Assembly (NCBI GenBank): GCA_965200925.1
Contig: OZ241738.1
Location: forward strand, 585,774-649,773
From: Alphaproteobacteria bacterium
Lineage (GTDB): Bacteria; Pseudomonadota; Alphaproteobacteria; UBA828
Reading direction: 5' to 3'
DNA: 64,000 bases
The notes below the pieces were generated by a model that did no database searches, was not told the origin of the DNA, and worked only from the letters and a program-made list of their open reading frames with translations. Position numbers and translations under genes: made by a program. The number at the start of each line of letters is the position of its first letter. The stretch's first letter is position 1. Below are positions 26,517-36,490 of the stretch, in pieces.

Positions 26517-28150
26517 CGCGCCCGCCCCAGCCGCTCGCGCCTGACGCGGATGCCCGCGGCCTCCCGGTCCCAGCTCTCCGCGCCGATTCCTTCCGCGCGC
26601 AATCTGTGTTTCTCGACCTTTTCGGTCGGAGTCTTCGGCAGCGCATCGACGATGCGCACGTAGCGCGGGAGCATGAAATGGGCGAGGCGCGGCTGGAGGA
26701 ACGCCAGCAGCGCCGCCGGGTCGAGCCGCCGTCCCGGGCGCAGCGAGACCACGGCCATCACCTCGTCTTCCCCCAATTCGCTCGGCACCGGGATCACGGC
26801 GGCCTCGCGCACCGCCGGGTGGGCCGCGACCTCGATTTCGACCTCCAGGGAGGAGATGTTCTCGCCGCGCCGGCGGATCGTGTCCTTCAGGCGGTCGATG
26901 AAATAGAGATTGCCGTCCGCGTCCGCGCGGCCCGCGTCGCCGGTGTGGAACCAGCCGTTGCGCCAGGCGCGCGCGGTCGCCTCCGGCTCCTTGTAGTAGC
27001 CGTGGTTCATGGCCCAGGGCGTGTCCGAGCGGACGACGAACTGGCCGACGGCGCCGGTCGGCACCTCGCAATCGTTCTCATCGACGAGCCTGAGCTCGCA
27101 GCCCGGCCGCACCCGCCCGCAGCTGCCGGGCACCGTCATGGGGACGGTCGTCATGACCGGGCAACAGAGCTCGGTCATGTTGTAAATCGAATAGACCGAG
27201 ACGCCGAAGCGCGCCATGAACCCGTCCACGTCGTCCACCAGAGGCACCATGCCGACGGTGCGCAAGGGGTGGTCGCGATCGTCCGGGGCGGGCGGCTCGG
27301 CCGCCAGGAACGACGCCATGACGCCGAGCAGGAACGCCGACGTGACTCCCGTCTCGCGCACGGTCTTCCAGAACGAATCCGTCCTGAAGGATTCGATCAC
27401 CGTGATCGAGGCGTGCTGGCACAACATGCCGTAGGCGATGGTGGCACCGCCGAGATGGAAGAGCGGCAGGCTGATCAGATAGCGGTCCTCCGGCGTGATG
27501 AACCGCCAGGTGTCCGGCCCGAAATTGGAGAAGGCGTGGACGTAGGAGCTGAGCACCGCCTTGGAGGGCCCCGTGGTCCCGGAGGTGAAGATGATGGACT
27601 GGGTGTCCCAGGGGGCTATGGGGCGCTCCAGGGGGCGCAGCGCGCGGCCTTCGGGGCGGAGTGCCGATTCGGGCAGGACGGCGAGGCCCTCGATGGCGGG
27701 CGGGGCGCCGCCCGTCGCCACCAGCGTTTCGAGGGAGGCGCGGTCGATGGCGGCGAGGCGGGGCGCCAGCGCCGCGTGGGCGACGATCACACGGGCGTCG
27801 GAGCTGGCGACGACATGCGCCAGGAGGCGGCCCTTGTAGGCGATGTTGATGGGGACGTAGACGGCGCCCATGTAGTTGGCGCCGAAGAACACGCGCAGCG
27901 CGGCGGCACCGTTGGGCAGCCAGGAGAGAACGTGATCCCCCTGGCGGACGCCGAGCGCCTGCAAGCCGGTCGCGGTCCGGATCGCCTCCTCCCTGGTGCG
28001 CGCATAGCTCCATTCGGTGCCGTCCTCGAAGACGCAGAAGGTCTTGTCGGGCGTCGCCGCGGCCAGCCGGTCGAGCAGGGCGCGCAACACGCACCGCTCC
28101 GCCGCCGGGATTCGCGGATCGCTATGGGAAGCCGCCATGAGACACTCCAT
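26513..28150 (-). CDS. AMP-dependent acyl-CoA synthetase/ligase (CaiC-like)
   Basis: 545 aa. Contains the AMP-binding motif IIFTSGTTGPSKAV, WFHTGD and KDTIRRRGENIS. Confidence 0.9.
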   Translation of the reverse strand: MECLMAASHSDPRIPAAERCVLRALLDRLAAATPDKTFCVFEDGTEWSYARTREEAIRTATGLQALGVRQGDHVLSWLPNGAAALRVFFGANYMGAVYVPINIAYKGRLLAHVVASSDARVIVAHAALAPRLAAIDRASLETLVATGGAPPAIEGLAVLPESALRPEGRALRPLERPIAPWDTQSIIFTSGTTGPSKAVLSSYVHAFSNFGPDTWRFITPEDRYLISLPLFHLGGATIAYGMLCQHASITVIESFRTDSFWKTVRETGVTSAFLLGVMASFLAAEPPAPDDRDHPLRTVGMVPLVDDVDGFMARFGVSVYSIYNMTELCCPVMTTVPMTVPGSCGRVRPGCELRLVDENDCEVPTGAVGQFVVRSDTPWAMNHGYYKEPEATARAWRNGWFHTGDAGRADADGNLYFIDRLKDTIRRRGENISSLEVEIEVAAHPAVREAAVIPVPSELGEDEVMAVVSLRPGRRLDPAALLAFLQPRLAHFMLPRYVRIVDALPKTPTEKVEKHRLRAEGIGAESWDREAAGIRVRRERLGRAR

Positions 28151-28232
28151 GCGCCGCCGCCGGCGCGACTATAGCCCACGTGCCGCCGGGTCGATGCCCC
28201 GTTTTCGGTGCGCGGCTTACGGCGGGAACGCT

Positions 28233-29072
28233 CTACGCCGGCCGGGTGCGATCGGAGGCTGCTCGGTCCTCGGGCGCCGGCGCCGGTTCGCCGTCCGCGA
28301 ACAGCGCCGTGATCGGGGGCCAGGTGGCGGCCGGGTGGGCGGTCGTGGCGCGCAGGCAGGCGTCGATGAAGCGCCAGGCGGGCGCGTCGTGCACCGCGTG
28401 ATGGGTCAGGAGGCCGGTCGGCTCGGCCGGGTCGACATGGCCCAGGCGCCGCCGGCGCAGGTGGGAGACGAGCAGGCCGAGTGCCGTCCGTTCGCCGACG
28501 AAGCCGCGGGTCCCGCGCCAGTCGACGATGTCCACATGGGCGTTGACCTGGATCAGGCCGGGCGCCGGCCGCCGCGCCGGCCGCGCCCCGCAGGTCGACA
28601 GGCCGGTGAGCCCGATGGCCGCGAGGCGCGGCACGAGGGGCGCGGCGATGGCATTCCAAGGTGGTACCAGGATCGGCAGTGCCCCGGCGCCGAGGGACGC
28701 GAGCGCCGCGGACGCGAGCGCCGCCCGGCCCGCGCGCAGGTCGGCGAGGGCGGCGGCTTCCTCCCGCGACGGGCCGAACTCCGCCTTCTTGCGCCCGGCG
28801 GGCGCGTGGTTCCGGTGGGCGTGGCCATGCTGGAGGATCGCCGCCGCCGGGTAACGGAGGATTCGGGCGACCGCCGCGCCGGTGAGTCGCGTCGGCACCG
28901 CGGCGAGGGCGACGGGAACACGCCGCGCCGCCGCCAGTGCCAGGAGGCGCGCGAGGGCCTCCGAATCCGCGCCGGCGTCGTCGTCCCGCCACCAGAAGGT
29001 CGCCCGCCGGCCCGCCGCGCGCCAAGCGTCGAGCTCGCAGTCGAGCGCCGCCCAGTCGGCGTTGCCGCTCAC
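28233..29072 (-). CDS. Polysaccharide-deacetylase-like protein (putative)
   Basis: 279 aa. FWWRDDDAG...LQHGHAHRNHAP...LVPPWN resembles deacetylase-like proteins found in alphaproteobacterial glycosylation clusters. Its start overlaps the upstream gene by 4 nt. Confidence 0.55.
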   Translation of the reverse strand: MSGNADWAALDCELDAWRAAGRRATFWWRDDDAGADSEALARLLALAAARRVPVALAAVPTRLTGAAVARILRYPAAAILQHGHAHRNHAPAGRKKAEFGPSREEAAALADLRAGRAALASAALASLGAGALPILVPPWNAIAAPLVPRLAAIGLTGLSTCGARPARRPAPGLIQVNAHVDIVDWRGTRGFVGERTALGLLVSHLRRRRLGHVDPAEPTGLLTHHAVHDAPAWRFIDACLRATTAHPAATWPPITALFADGEPAPAPEDRAASDRTRPA

Positions 29073-30211
29073 TTGGCGAGCGCCTCGTGCAGGAGGCGCA
29101 CGGCGGTCGCGGCGCCATCGAGCCTCACGCCGCTCTCCGCCGGTGGGCCGGCCGCGAGGGCGTCATCGACAGCGACCGCCAGGCGCGCCGGGGACAGCCG
29201 CTCCGGGGCCACGACGCGGGCGAGGCCGCGGGCCGCGAGGGCCTGGGCGCGAACCGTCTGTTCCGTCTCGCGCGCCTCGGCGAAGGGCACGAGGACGGTG
29301 GGCACGCGGGCGCGCAACAGGTCGGCGACCGTGTTGTAGCCCGCCTGGGAGATCGAAAGCGCGGCGCCCGCCAGCAGCGCCGGGAAGTCGGGACGCGCCC
29401 GTTCGACCGTGACGCCGGCCGGTGCTCGCGCCCGCAAGCGGGCGAACGCCGCGGGGCCGAGCGCTTCCCCGGCGAGCAGGCGCCACGGCGCCTCCGCGAG
29501 CCGCGACAGCGGCCGCGCCGCCAGGGCCGTTTCCAGAAGCCGCTGGCCGACGGCGCCGCCGCCGGTGGAGACCACGACCGCGCCCGCCGTTCCCGCGGGG
29601 TGCCCGGCAGGCGGGGGCGGCGCCACATAGCCGGTGTAGTGGAGGCGTCCGGCGATGCGGGCGGTTTCCGGAAAGGTCGCGTCGAAGGGAATCAGCGCCC
29701 GGTCGCCGTGGACCATGACGCAATCGAAGCGTGCGTGCGCCAGGGCGGCCATCTCCCGATGGCGTTCGGGCGCCGCCTTCGCGGTGAGCACGTCGCGGAC
29801 CGAGCAGAAGACAGCGGGCCGCGGCCGCCGCCGGGCGGCGTCGAGCAGGGGAAGCAGCTCGGCGCGGAACCGGCGGCGGCCGAAAGGGAACATCTCGGTG
29901 ATCACCGCGTCCGGTCGGTGGCCGTGGAACAAGTCCATCAGGCGGCGCCGGCGCGCGGCGTCGAAGGCCGCATCGAGCGGCCGGCCGGCGCCGTCGACCA
30001 GGGCCGAGAAACGCCGGTCGGCGGCCTTCACCGGCGGCAGTTGGGCGAAGCGGGCACGGCCCGGGTCGAGATGGCGGACGGGAAGGCCGCCGGACACCAG
30101 CAGGACGTCGAAACCCGATTCCGCCATCGCGGCGGCCAGCAGCGCGGCGCGCCGGAGATGGCCGATGCCGAGCAGGTGCTGAACCCAGAAAAAGACTCGC
30201 GCGCCGGTCAT
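29069..30211 (-). CDS. Glycosyltransferase (GT28/MurG-like C-terminal domain, 380 aa)
   Basis: The real product starts at MTGARVFFWVQHLLGIGHLRR, an ATG overlapping the upstream stop as ATGA. The C-terminal ISQAGYNTVADLL is typical of the GT-B UDP-glycosyltransferase fold. Confidence 0.8.
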   Translation of the reverse strand: MTGARVFFWVQHLLGIGHLRRAALLAAAMAESGFDVLLVSGGLPVRHLDPGRARFAQLPPVKAADRRFSALVDGAGRPLDAAFDAARRRRLMDLFHGHRPDAVITEMFPFGRRRFRAELLPLLDAARRRPRPAVFCSVRDVLTAKAAPERHREMAALAHARFDCVMVHGDRALIPFDATFPETARIAGRLHYTGYVAPPPPAGHPAGTAGAVVVSTGGGAVGQRLLETALAARPLSRLAEAPWRLLAGEALGPAAFARLRARAPAGVTVERARPDFPALLAGAALSISQAGYNTVADLLRARVPTVLVPFAEARETEQTVRAQALAARGLARVVAPERLSPARLAVAVDDALAAGPPAESGVRLDGAATAVRLLHEALAK

Positions 30212-30807
30212 CGCGCGTCGCGGGCGAGGCCGATGTTGAGCCGCTCGACCAGCGGACTCCCGTCCGCCTCCAGCCGGAAGAGGTGCGCGGAGGCCCAATC
30301 CAGGGCCACCGGCATCGCACCCGTCATGTCCCAGTCCAGCGCCCGCGCCAGCACGGCGCGGATGACCCCCTTGTGGGTGACGGCGGCGAGGGTGCCGCCA
30401 TCGTCGGCGGTTTCGGCGAGCCAGGGGGCGAGGCGGGCTTGCAGCGCCCGCGGGCTCTCGCCGCCCGGCGGCCGGAAATCCAGGCCGCGGGCCTCGCTCG
30501 CCGCGAGACCCGCCGGATCCGCCGCCCGCAGCGCGGCGACGGTTCTGCCCTCCCAGGCGCCCCAGTTCATTTCCACGAGACGCGGCTCGAACGTCACCCC
30601 GCCGGGGGCGAGCAGCGCCGCGGTGTGGGCGGCCCGCAGCAGCGGGCTCGATACCCAGGCGGCGCCGCGCAGCGCCGCCGGCAGGCGCCAGGCCGCCACC
30701 ACCGCGCGACCGCGGGCGCCGAGGCCGATATCGGTCCGACCCTGGATGCGGCCCTCGTCGTTCCACCGGGTCGGCCCGTGGCGAATCAGGGCCAGACGGC
30801 GCGCCAT
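30208..30807 (-). CDS. Histidine phosphatase family protein (phosphoglycerate mutase/CobC-like)
   Basis: 199 aa with the catalytic motif LIRHGPTRWN and a downstream H in VTHKGVIRA. Confidence 0.85.
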   Translation of the reverse strand: MARRLALIRHGPTRWNDEGRIQGRTDIGLGARGRAVVAAWRLPAALRGAAWVSSPLLRAAHTAALLAPGGVTFEPRLVEMNWGAWEGRTVAALRAADPAGLAASEARGLDFRPPGGESPRALQARLAPWLAETADDGGTLAAVTHKGVIRAVLARALDWDMTGAMPVALDWASAHLFRLEADGSPLVERLNIGLARDAR

Positions 30808-30813
30808 GGGCGG

Positions 30814-31956
30814 TTACGGGCCGGCGCAGGCGGCGTCGAGCGCCCGCCGCAAGGTGCTGGCGGCGGCGTCCAGGCCGTGCCGCGCGCGCACCCGGGCCGC
30901 CGCCGCCGCGCCCATCGCCCGCCGTTTGTCGGCCTGCGCGCAGAGTTCGACCACCGCGCCGGCGAAGGCCACGTCGTCGTGACGGGGCGCGAGCACGCCG
31001 GTCTCGCCGTCGGCGACCACCTCGCGCACGCCCCGCCAGTCGCCGGCCACCACCGGCAGGCCGGCGACCTGGGCCTCCAGCATCGCCATGCCGAAGGCTT
31101 CGTTCCAGGCGGGCCAGACGTAAAGATCACAGGCGGCGTAGAAGCGGGGCAGGGCGCTCCCCTCGCGCGCGCCGGCGAAGATCGCCCGGCCCGCGCCGAG
31201 CGGCGCCAGCGCGTCTTCGACCGCGCCCCGGGCCGGGCCGTCGCCGACGACCAGCAGCTGCCACGGCGGCGCGGCGATCAGGCCGAGCGCGCGGCCCAGC
31301 AGCCGATAGGACGCGAGCTTGTCGCCGGGCCGCATCATCGCGACCGTCAGGAGCCACGGCCGCGCGGGATCGAGCGGCAGGGACGCCGCCAGGGCGCGCC
31401 GGGCGGCGGCGCGGTCGAGCGACCGGTAGGGCGCGGGATCGAGGAACGGCGCGAGCCGGTAAAGAGCCGTTCTGCGGCCGACCAGGGGCCTGATCCCCTC
31501 CTCGTCCTCGGCCGTGAACGAGAGCACCGCGCGGGCGCGGGCGATGGCGCGGGCGGTCTCGGCAAGCCAGCCGGCGAACGGGCCGCCGGCCTGCTTGCGC
31601 GCGTAGGACGCCTCGACCAGGAGATAGGGAATGGCGAGCGCCTCGGCCGCCGCGGGCCCCAGCCAGTCCGGGGCCTTGTGGTAGAGGTGGTAGGTGAGCC
31701 AGGCGTCCGGCCACTCGGCGGCCGGCAGCGCCCGGTATTCTTCCAGGATGCGCGCCGCCGCCGCGGCCCCCTCGCGCTCCAGCGCACGCTGCCGCTCGCG
31801 GTTTCCCTCTCCCTCGTAGCTGCGGAAGTCCGAGGCGAGGACCGGCGTGTGGCCGGCGGCCTCGAGCGCGTGCCAGAGAAGCCGCGCCACGCGCCGGTCG
31901 CCCGATGGCGCCGGGTGGCCGGGCGGCTTGAGCGGCGCGTAGAAGGCGATGCGCAT
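30814..31956 (-). CDS. Glycosyltransferase family 4/1 (380 aa)
   Basis: From MRIAFYAPLKPPGHPAPSGDR. The C-terminal EAFGMAMLEAQVAGLPVVA is the E-x7-E region of GT4 enzymes. Confidence 0.85.
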   Translation of the reverse strand: MRIAFYAPLKPPGHPAPSGDRRVARLLWHALEAAGHTPVLASDFRSYEGEGNRERQRALEREGAAAAARILEEYRALPAAEWPDAWLTYHLYHKAPDWLGPAAAEALAIPYLLVEASYARKQAGGPFAGWLAETARAIARARAVLSFTAEDEEGIRPLVGRRTALYRLAPFLDPAPYRSLDRAAARRALAASLPLDPARPWLLTVAMMRPGDKLASYRLLGRALGLIAAPPWQLLVVGDGPARGAVEDALAPLGAGRAIFAGAREGSALPRFYAACDLYVWPAWNEAFGMAMLEAQVAGLPVVAGDWRGVREVVADGETGVLAPRHDDVAFAGAVVELCAQADKRRAMGAAAAARVRARHGLDAAASTLRRALDAACAGP

Positions 31957-31957
31957 C

Positions 31958-33274
31958 TCAGGCGGCGGCGCGGGCGAGTCCGAAGCGGGCGGCGAGTGGC
32001 TCGATGCAGGCGTCGAGGGCGAAGCGGGCGTGGACCCGTTCCCGCCCGGCGCGGCCGAGGCGGGCGCGCAGGTCCGGCGCGGCGGCGAGCGCCGCGATTG
32101 CCCTGGCGAGACTCGGCCTGTCGCCGGGTTCGACCAGACGACCGGTCGCGCCGTCCCGCACCAGTTCCGGGATTGCCGAGAAGCGGGTCGAGACGACGGC
32201 GAGCGCCTGGCTCTGCGCCTCCATGAGGACGTTCGGCAGGCCGTCGCGGTCGCCGTCCGCGGCCGCGCGGCAGGCGAGCAGGAACAGGTCGGCGTCACGC
32301 AAGGCCCGAAGCACGAAGCCCTGGGGCCGGGGGCCGTGCCAGACGATGCGCCCGCCGATGCCGAGTCCCTGGGCGACGGCCCGCAGGCGGCCGAGAAGCG
32401 CGCCGCCGCCGATGTGGTCGAGGCGCCAGGCGAGGGTTTCGGGCAGCGCAGCCAGCGCCGCGAGCAGGTCGTCGTAGCCCTTCTTCTCCACCGCGCGGCC
32501 CACCGAGAGGAAGCGTACCGGATCGGCAGGGTCGCTCCCGTCGCGCGACAGGCGCGGTTCGGGCGGCGGCGGGAAGCGCTCCAGGTCGAGGCCATGATAG
32601 ACGCGCGTGACCCGGCCGGGCGGGGCGAGGCCGGCGAGATGGCGCCGGTTGGCCTCCGTGCAGGTCGTGGCCCAGGCGCAATCCGCGAGCTTTTCCGAAA
32701 GTTCCCACGCGGGCGAGGTCCAGATGTCCTTGGCGTGCGCGGAGACCGACCAGGGGATGCGGCGGAGCGCCGCCGCGTAGCGCGCAACCGATGCCGGCGT
32801 GTGCAGGAAGTGGGCGTGAAGCCGGCCCGTGTCGGGGTCCAGCTCATGGGCGAGGACGAGCGCCTGACCGAACCGGCGGACGCGCCCGCGCGTGCGGTCC
32901 CGGGCGAAGTCGGCGCGCCAAAGCCGGCGGGCGTCCGCGTAGCCCGCCGTGCCGCGGAGAGCACGCCAGGCGCGGAGGACCCGCACGGGCTCCCGGTGCA
33001 GATATTCGGGCAGGTAGCGGATCGGCGCGGCGATGGCGTCGTGGACCGGATGGGTGGCGGTCTCGGCGGGGCGGCGCAGCGCATGGAGGCGGATGGCGAG
33101 GCCGCGCCGCTCGAGCGCCAGGATCTCCTGCGCGATGAAACTCTCCGACAGCCGCGGATAGCCCTTGAGGACGAAGCCGACGGCGCTAGCCACGGGGAAC
33201 CGCGGGCCGTCGGCGCCCCGGCCCGGGCGGGCCCGGTTTCCCCGCGGGGGGTGCTCCTTTAGGGTGCGCGTCAC
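31958..33274 (-). CDS. Glycosyltransferase family 4 (WcaL-like)
   Basis: Contains FVLKGYPRLSESFIAQEILALE and GLPNVLMEAQSQALAVVST. The start codon is uncertain and the N-terminal ~25 codons may not be translated. Confidence 0.8.
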   Translation of the reverse strand: MTRTLKEHPPRGNRARPGRGADGPRFPVASAVGFVLKGYPRLSESFIAQEILALERRGLAIRLHALRRPAETATHPVHDAIAAPIRYLPEYLHREPVRVLRAWRALRGTAGYADARRLWRADFARDRTRGRVRRFGQALVLAHELDPDTGRLHAHFLHTPASVARYAAALRRIPWSVSAHAKDIWTSPAWELSEKLADCAWATTCTEANRRHLAGLAPPGRVTRVYHGLDLERFPPPPEPRLSRDGSDPADPVRFLSVGRAVEKKGYDDLLAALAALPETLAWRLDHIGGGALLGRLRAVAQGLGIGGRIVWHGPRPQGFVLRALRDADLFLLACRAAADGDRDGLPNVLMEAQSQALAVVSTRFSAIPELVRDGATGRLVEPGDRPSLARAIAALAAAPDLRARLGRAGRERVHARFALDACIEPLAARFGLARAAA

Positions 33275-33309
33275 CCTTTCCTGGCGGCAGCAGGAAGCCG
33301 GTTCGCTTC

Positions 33310-35973
33310 ATGGACAAGAGCATCTTCAGGTTCACCTTTCGCCATACCAAGGCGCAGCAGATCTACATCCTGCTGGTCACCGCATGTTCGCTCCCGTTCT
33401 ACTACGTTTCCCTCGAAATCCCGAAGCTCATCGTCAACCACGCGCTCAGCGCCGACGATCCGGCAGTCCAGGGGGACGAGTTTCCCCGGCCGTTGACGAT
33501 CTTCGGGTTCGAACTGTTCGCGTTGGAGCAGATATGGCTCCTGTTGTCTCTGTGCATTCTTTTTCTGGCGCTGGTGTTCGTCAACGGCGGCTTCAAGCTG
33601 TACATCAACATCTACAAGGGTCGCCTGGGCGAGCGCATGCTGCGCCGCCTGCGCTACATGCTCTACGCGCGCATCCTGCGCTTTCCCCTGCCGCATTTCC
33701 GCAAGGTCAGCCAGGGCGAGCTGATCCCCATGATCACCGCCGAGGTCGAGCCGCTCGGCGGCTTCATCGGCGACGCCTTCGCCCTGCCGGCGTTGCAGGG
33801 GGGCCTCCTGCTGACGGCGATCTTCTTCATCTTCGCCCAGGATCCGCTCATGGGCGCGGCCGCGATCGCCCTCTATCCCGTCCAGGGCTACATCATCCCG
33901 AAGCTCCAGCGGCGGGTGAACGCGCTCGCCAAGGCGCGCGTCCGGGCGGTGCGCCGGCTGTCGGACCGGATCGGCGAGTCGGTCGCGGGCGTCCGCGAGA
34001 TACACGCCCATGGCGCCTCGCGCTATGCGCTTTCCGATTTCTCGCAACGCCTGAGCGAGATCTTCGATATCCGCTACCAGATCTACAACAAGAAGTTCTT
34101 CATCAAGTTCCTCAACAACTTCCTGGCCCAGCTCACGCCGTTCTTCTTCTTCACGATCGGCGGCGTCCTCGTCATCGAAGGCGATCTGACGCTCGGCGCG
34201 CTGGTCGCCATTCTCGCCGCCTACAAGGATCTGGCGCCGCCCTGGAAGGAGCTCCTCGCCTTCTACCAGATCAAGGAGGACTCGCGAATCAAGTACGAGC
34301 AGGTGATCGCCCAGTTCGAACCGCAAGGGATGCTCGACGAGGAGAAGCAGGCGGCCGACCCTGGCCTGGACAAGCTCGACGGCGATCTGGTCGCGGCCAA
34401 CCTTTCCCTCCAGGACGACGATCAGGTCGGCATCGTGAGCGGGGTCAGCTTCACGCTGCCGCTGAACGAGCGCATCGCCGTGGTGGGGAGCGCCGGCAGC
34501 GGCAAGGAAGAGCTGATGCTGATGCTGGCGCGGCTGATCGCGCCCACCGGCGGGCGCCTGAGCGTCGGCGCCGCCGACTTCGCCGGCCTGCCCGAGTCCG
34601 TGACCGGGCGACGTATCGGTTTCGTGGCGCAGAACGGTTTCGTGTTCCAGGCCTCGCTCAGGGACAACCTCTTCTACGGGCTCAAGCACCGCCCGCCCGC
34701 CGCGGCGGGGGAGGCGGCGCGCGCGGACTGGCGGGCGGAGTCGCAACGCGCCGGCAACTCCGTCGACGACGCCTTCGCCGACTGGGTGGATTATCGCGCG
34801 GCGGGCGCGAGCGGGCCCGAAGACGTGATCGGCCCGGCACTCCGCGCCCTCGACATCGCGGACATGACCGAGGACGTCTACCGGCTCGGCCTTCGCGGCT
34901 CCCTCGACCCCGCCGCCCGCCCGGATGCGGCGCGGCGCATCCTCGAGGTCCGCCGCGCCCTCGCCGAGCGGCTGGAGGAGCCCCGGTATCGCGCCCTGGT
35001 CGAGGCCTTCGACCCCGAGCGCTACAACACCAACGCGACGCTGGCCGAGAACCTCATCTTCGGCACGCCGACCGACGAGACGCTGGAAATGGACCGCTTG
35101 GCGGAGAACGCGCACGTTCTGGCCGTTCTCGAAGAGGCCGATCTGATCGAGGATCTGGTCTCGCGGGGCTACCGGCTCGCCGCGACCATGATCGAGATAT
35201 TCGCCGATCTGCCGCCCGACCACGAGCTGTTTCAGCGCTTCAGCTTCATCGACGCCGACGACCTGCCCGACTACCAGGCGCTCGTCGCGCGCGTGGACAA
35301 GGAGAGGCTGGACGCGCTGGACGGGGCCGACCGGACGAAGCTCCTGTCCCTGCCGTTCCGGCTGATCCCGGCGCGCCATCGCTTGGGCTTGCTCGACGAA
35401 GGGGTGCAGAAGAAGGTTCTGGTGGCCCGCAAGCGCTTCGTGGAAACGCTGCCGGCGGCGCTCGCGGGCGCGGTCGGGTTCTTCGACCCCGAGGCGTACA
35501 ACGCGGCGGCGACCGTGCAGGACAACGTCCTCTTCGGCAAGGTGGCCTATGGGCAGGCGCAGGCGGCCGAAAAGATCGGCCGCCTCGTCTCCGACGTGAT
35601 CGACGACCGCGGGCTGCGGCCAACCGTGATGGAAGTCGGCCTCGACTATCAGGCGGGCATCGCCGGCTCCCGGCTCTCGAGCGCCCAGCGGCAGAAGCTC
35701 GCCGTCGCGCGGTCGGTCATGAAGGCGCCCGATGTGCTGATCGTGTCGGAGGCCACGGCGGCGCTCGAAGCGGCGTCCCAGAACCGCATCCTCGGCAACG
35801 TCCTGAAGGCGTTCGAGGGCCGGGGCGTGATCTGGTCCCTGCACCGCGCGGCTCTCGCCGCGCGCTTCGACCGCGTCCTCGTCATGAAGAACGGTCGCGT
35901 CGTCGAGCAGGGCCGTTACGACGAAATCGATGCGGAGGGGACGGCCCTTCGCGAATTGACGGCGAACGAATAG
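33310..35973 (+). CDS. ABC exporter (fused TMD-NBD) with a greatly expanded NBD
   Basis: 887 aa with an N-terminal six-helix TMD. Walker A is GSAGSGKE, Q-loop FVAQNGFVF, signature LSSAQRQKLAVAR and Walker B VLIVSEAT. About 330 aa separate the Q-loop from the signature, against ~60 in canonical NBDs. Confidence 0.85.
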   Translation: MDKSIFRFTFRHTKAQQIYILLVTACSLPFYYVSLEIPKLIVNHALSADDPAVQGDEFPRPLTIFGFELFALEQIWLLLSLCILFLALVFVNGGFKLYINIYKGRLGERMLRRLRYMLYARILRFPLPHFRKVSQGELIPMITAEVEPLGGFIGDAFALPALQGGLLLTAIFFIFAQDPLMGAAAIALYPVQGYIIPKLQRRVNALAKARVRAVRRLSDRIGESVAGVREIHAHGASRYALSDFSQRLSEIFDIRYQIYNKKFFIKFLNNFLAQLTPFFFFTIGGVLVIEGDLTLGALVAILAAYKDLAPPWKELLAFYQIKEDSRIKYEQVIAQFEPQGMLDEEKQAADPGLDKLDGDLVAANLSLQDDDQVGIVSGVSFTLPLNERIAVVGSAGSGKEELMLMLARLIAPTGGRLSVGAADFAGLPESVTGRRIGFVAQNGFVFQASLRDNLFYGLKHRPPAAAGEAARADWRAESQRAGNSVDDAFADWVDYRAAGASGPEDVIGPALRALDIADMTEDVYRLGLRGSLDPAARPDAARRILEVRRALAERLEEPRYRALVEAFDPERYNTNATLAENLIFGTPTDETLEMDRLAENAHVLAVLEEADLIEDLVSRGYRLAATMIEIFADLPPDHELFQRFSFIDADDLPDYQALVARVDKERLDALDGADRTKLLSLPFRLIPARHRLGLLDEGVQKKVLVARKRFVETLPAALAGAVGFFDPEAYNAAATVQDNVLFGKVAYGQAQAAEKIGRLVSDVIDDRGLRPTVMEVGLDYQAGIAGSRLSSAQRQKLAVARSVMKAPDVLIVSEATAALEAASQNRILGNVLKAFEGRGVIWSLHRAALAARFDRVLVMKNGRVVEQGRYDEIDAEGTALRELTANE

Positions 35974-36001
35974 GGGCGGGGCCCCGTGGGGGAGGCAGGT
36001 C

Positions 36002-36490
36002 ATGGATCTGCAACAGGACGTCGATTTGCTGCGGAACATCCCGCTGTTCCGGAACATCGATTCGGCGAAGCTCAAGCTGCTGGCCTTCACCAGCGAGCGG
36101 CTCGTCTTCGCGCCCGGGGACGCGCTCTTCCACCAGGGCGACGTGGGCGACGCCGCCTACATCATCGTCGACGGCGAAGCCGAGGTGACGATCGAAACCA
36201 CCGCCGGGCCGCTCATCGTCGCCACGGTGAAGCGCAACGATTTCATCGGCGAGATCGCGATCCTGTGCGACGTGCCGCGCACCGCGACGATCACGGCGAC
36301 CGAAGAGCTGGTGACCTTGCGTATCGCGAAGGACGTGTTCTTCCAGCTGATCACTCAGTTCCCGCAGATATCGGTAGAGATCCTGCGCGAGCTCGCCGGC
36401 CGTCTGGAGCGGACCAACCAGCGGCTTCGGGAGACCGCCGGGCGACTCAAGGCGCTGGAGGGATCGGCAGGGGAGACCGCGCCTGCATGA
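36002..36490 (+). CDS. Stand-alone cyclic-nucleotide-binding domain protein
   Basis: 162 aa. LFRNIDSAKLKLLAF...GDVGDAAYIIVDGEAEV...FIGEIAILCDVPRTATITA is a classical cNMP-binding (Crp/PKA-type) fold with no DNA-binding domain. Confidence 0.85.
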   Translation: MDLQQDVDLLRNIPLFRNIDSAKLKLLAFTSERLVFAPGDALFHQGDVGDAAYIIVDGEAEVTIETTAGPLIVATVKRNDFIGEIAILCDVPRTATITATEELVTLRIAKDVFFQLITQFPQISVEILRELAGRLERTNQRLRETAGRLKALEGSAGETAPA

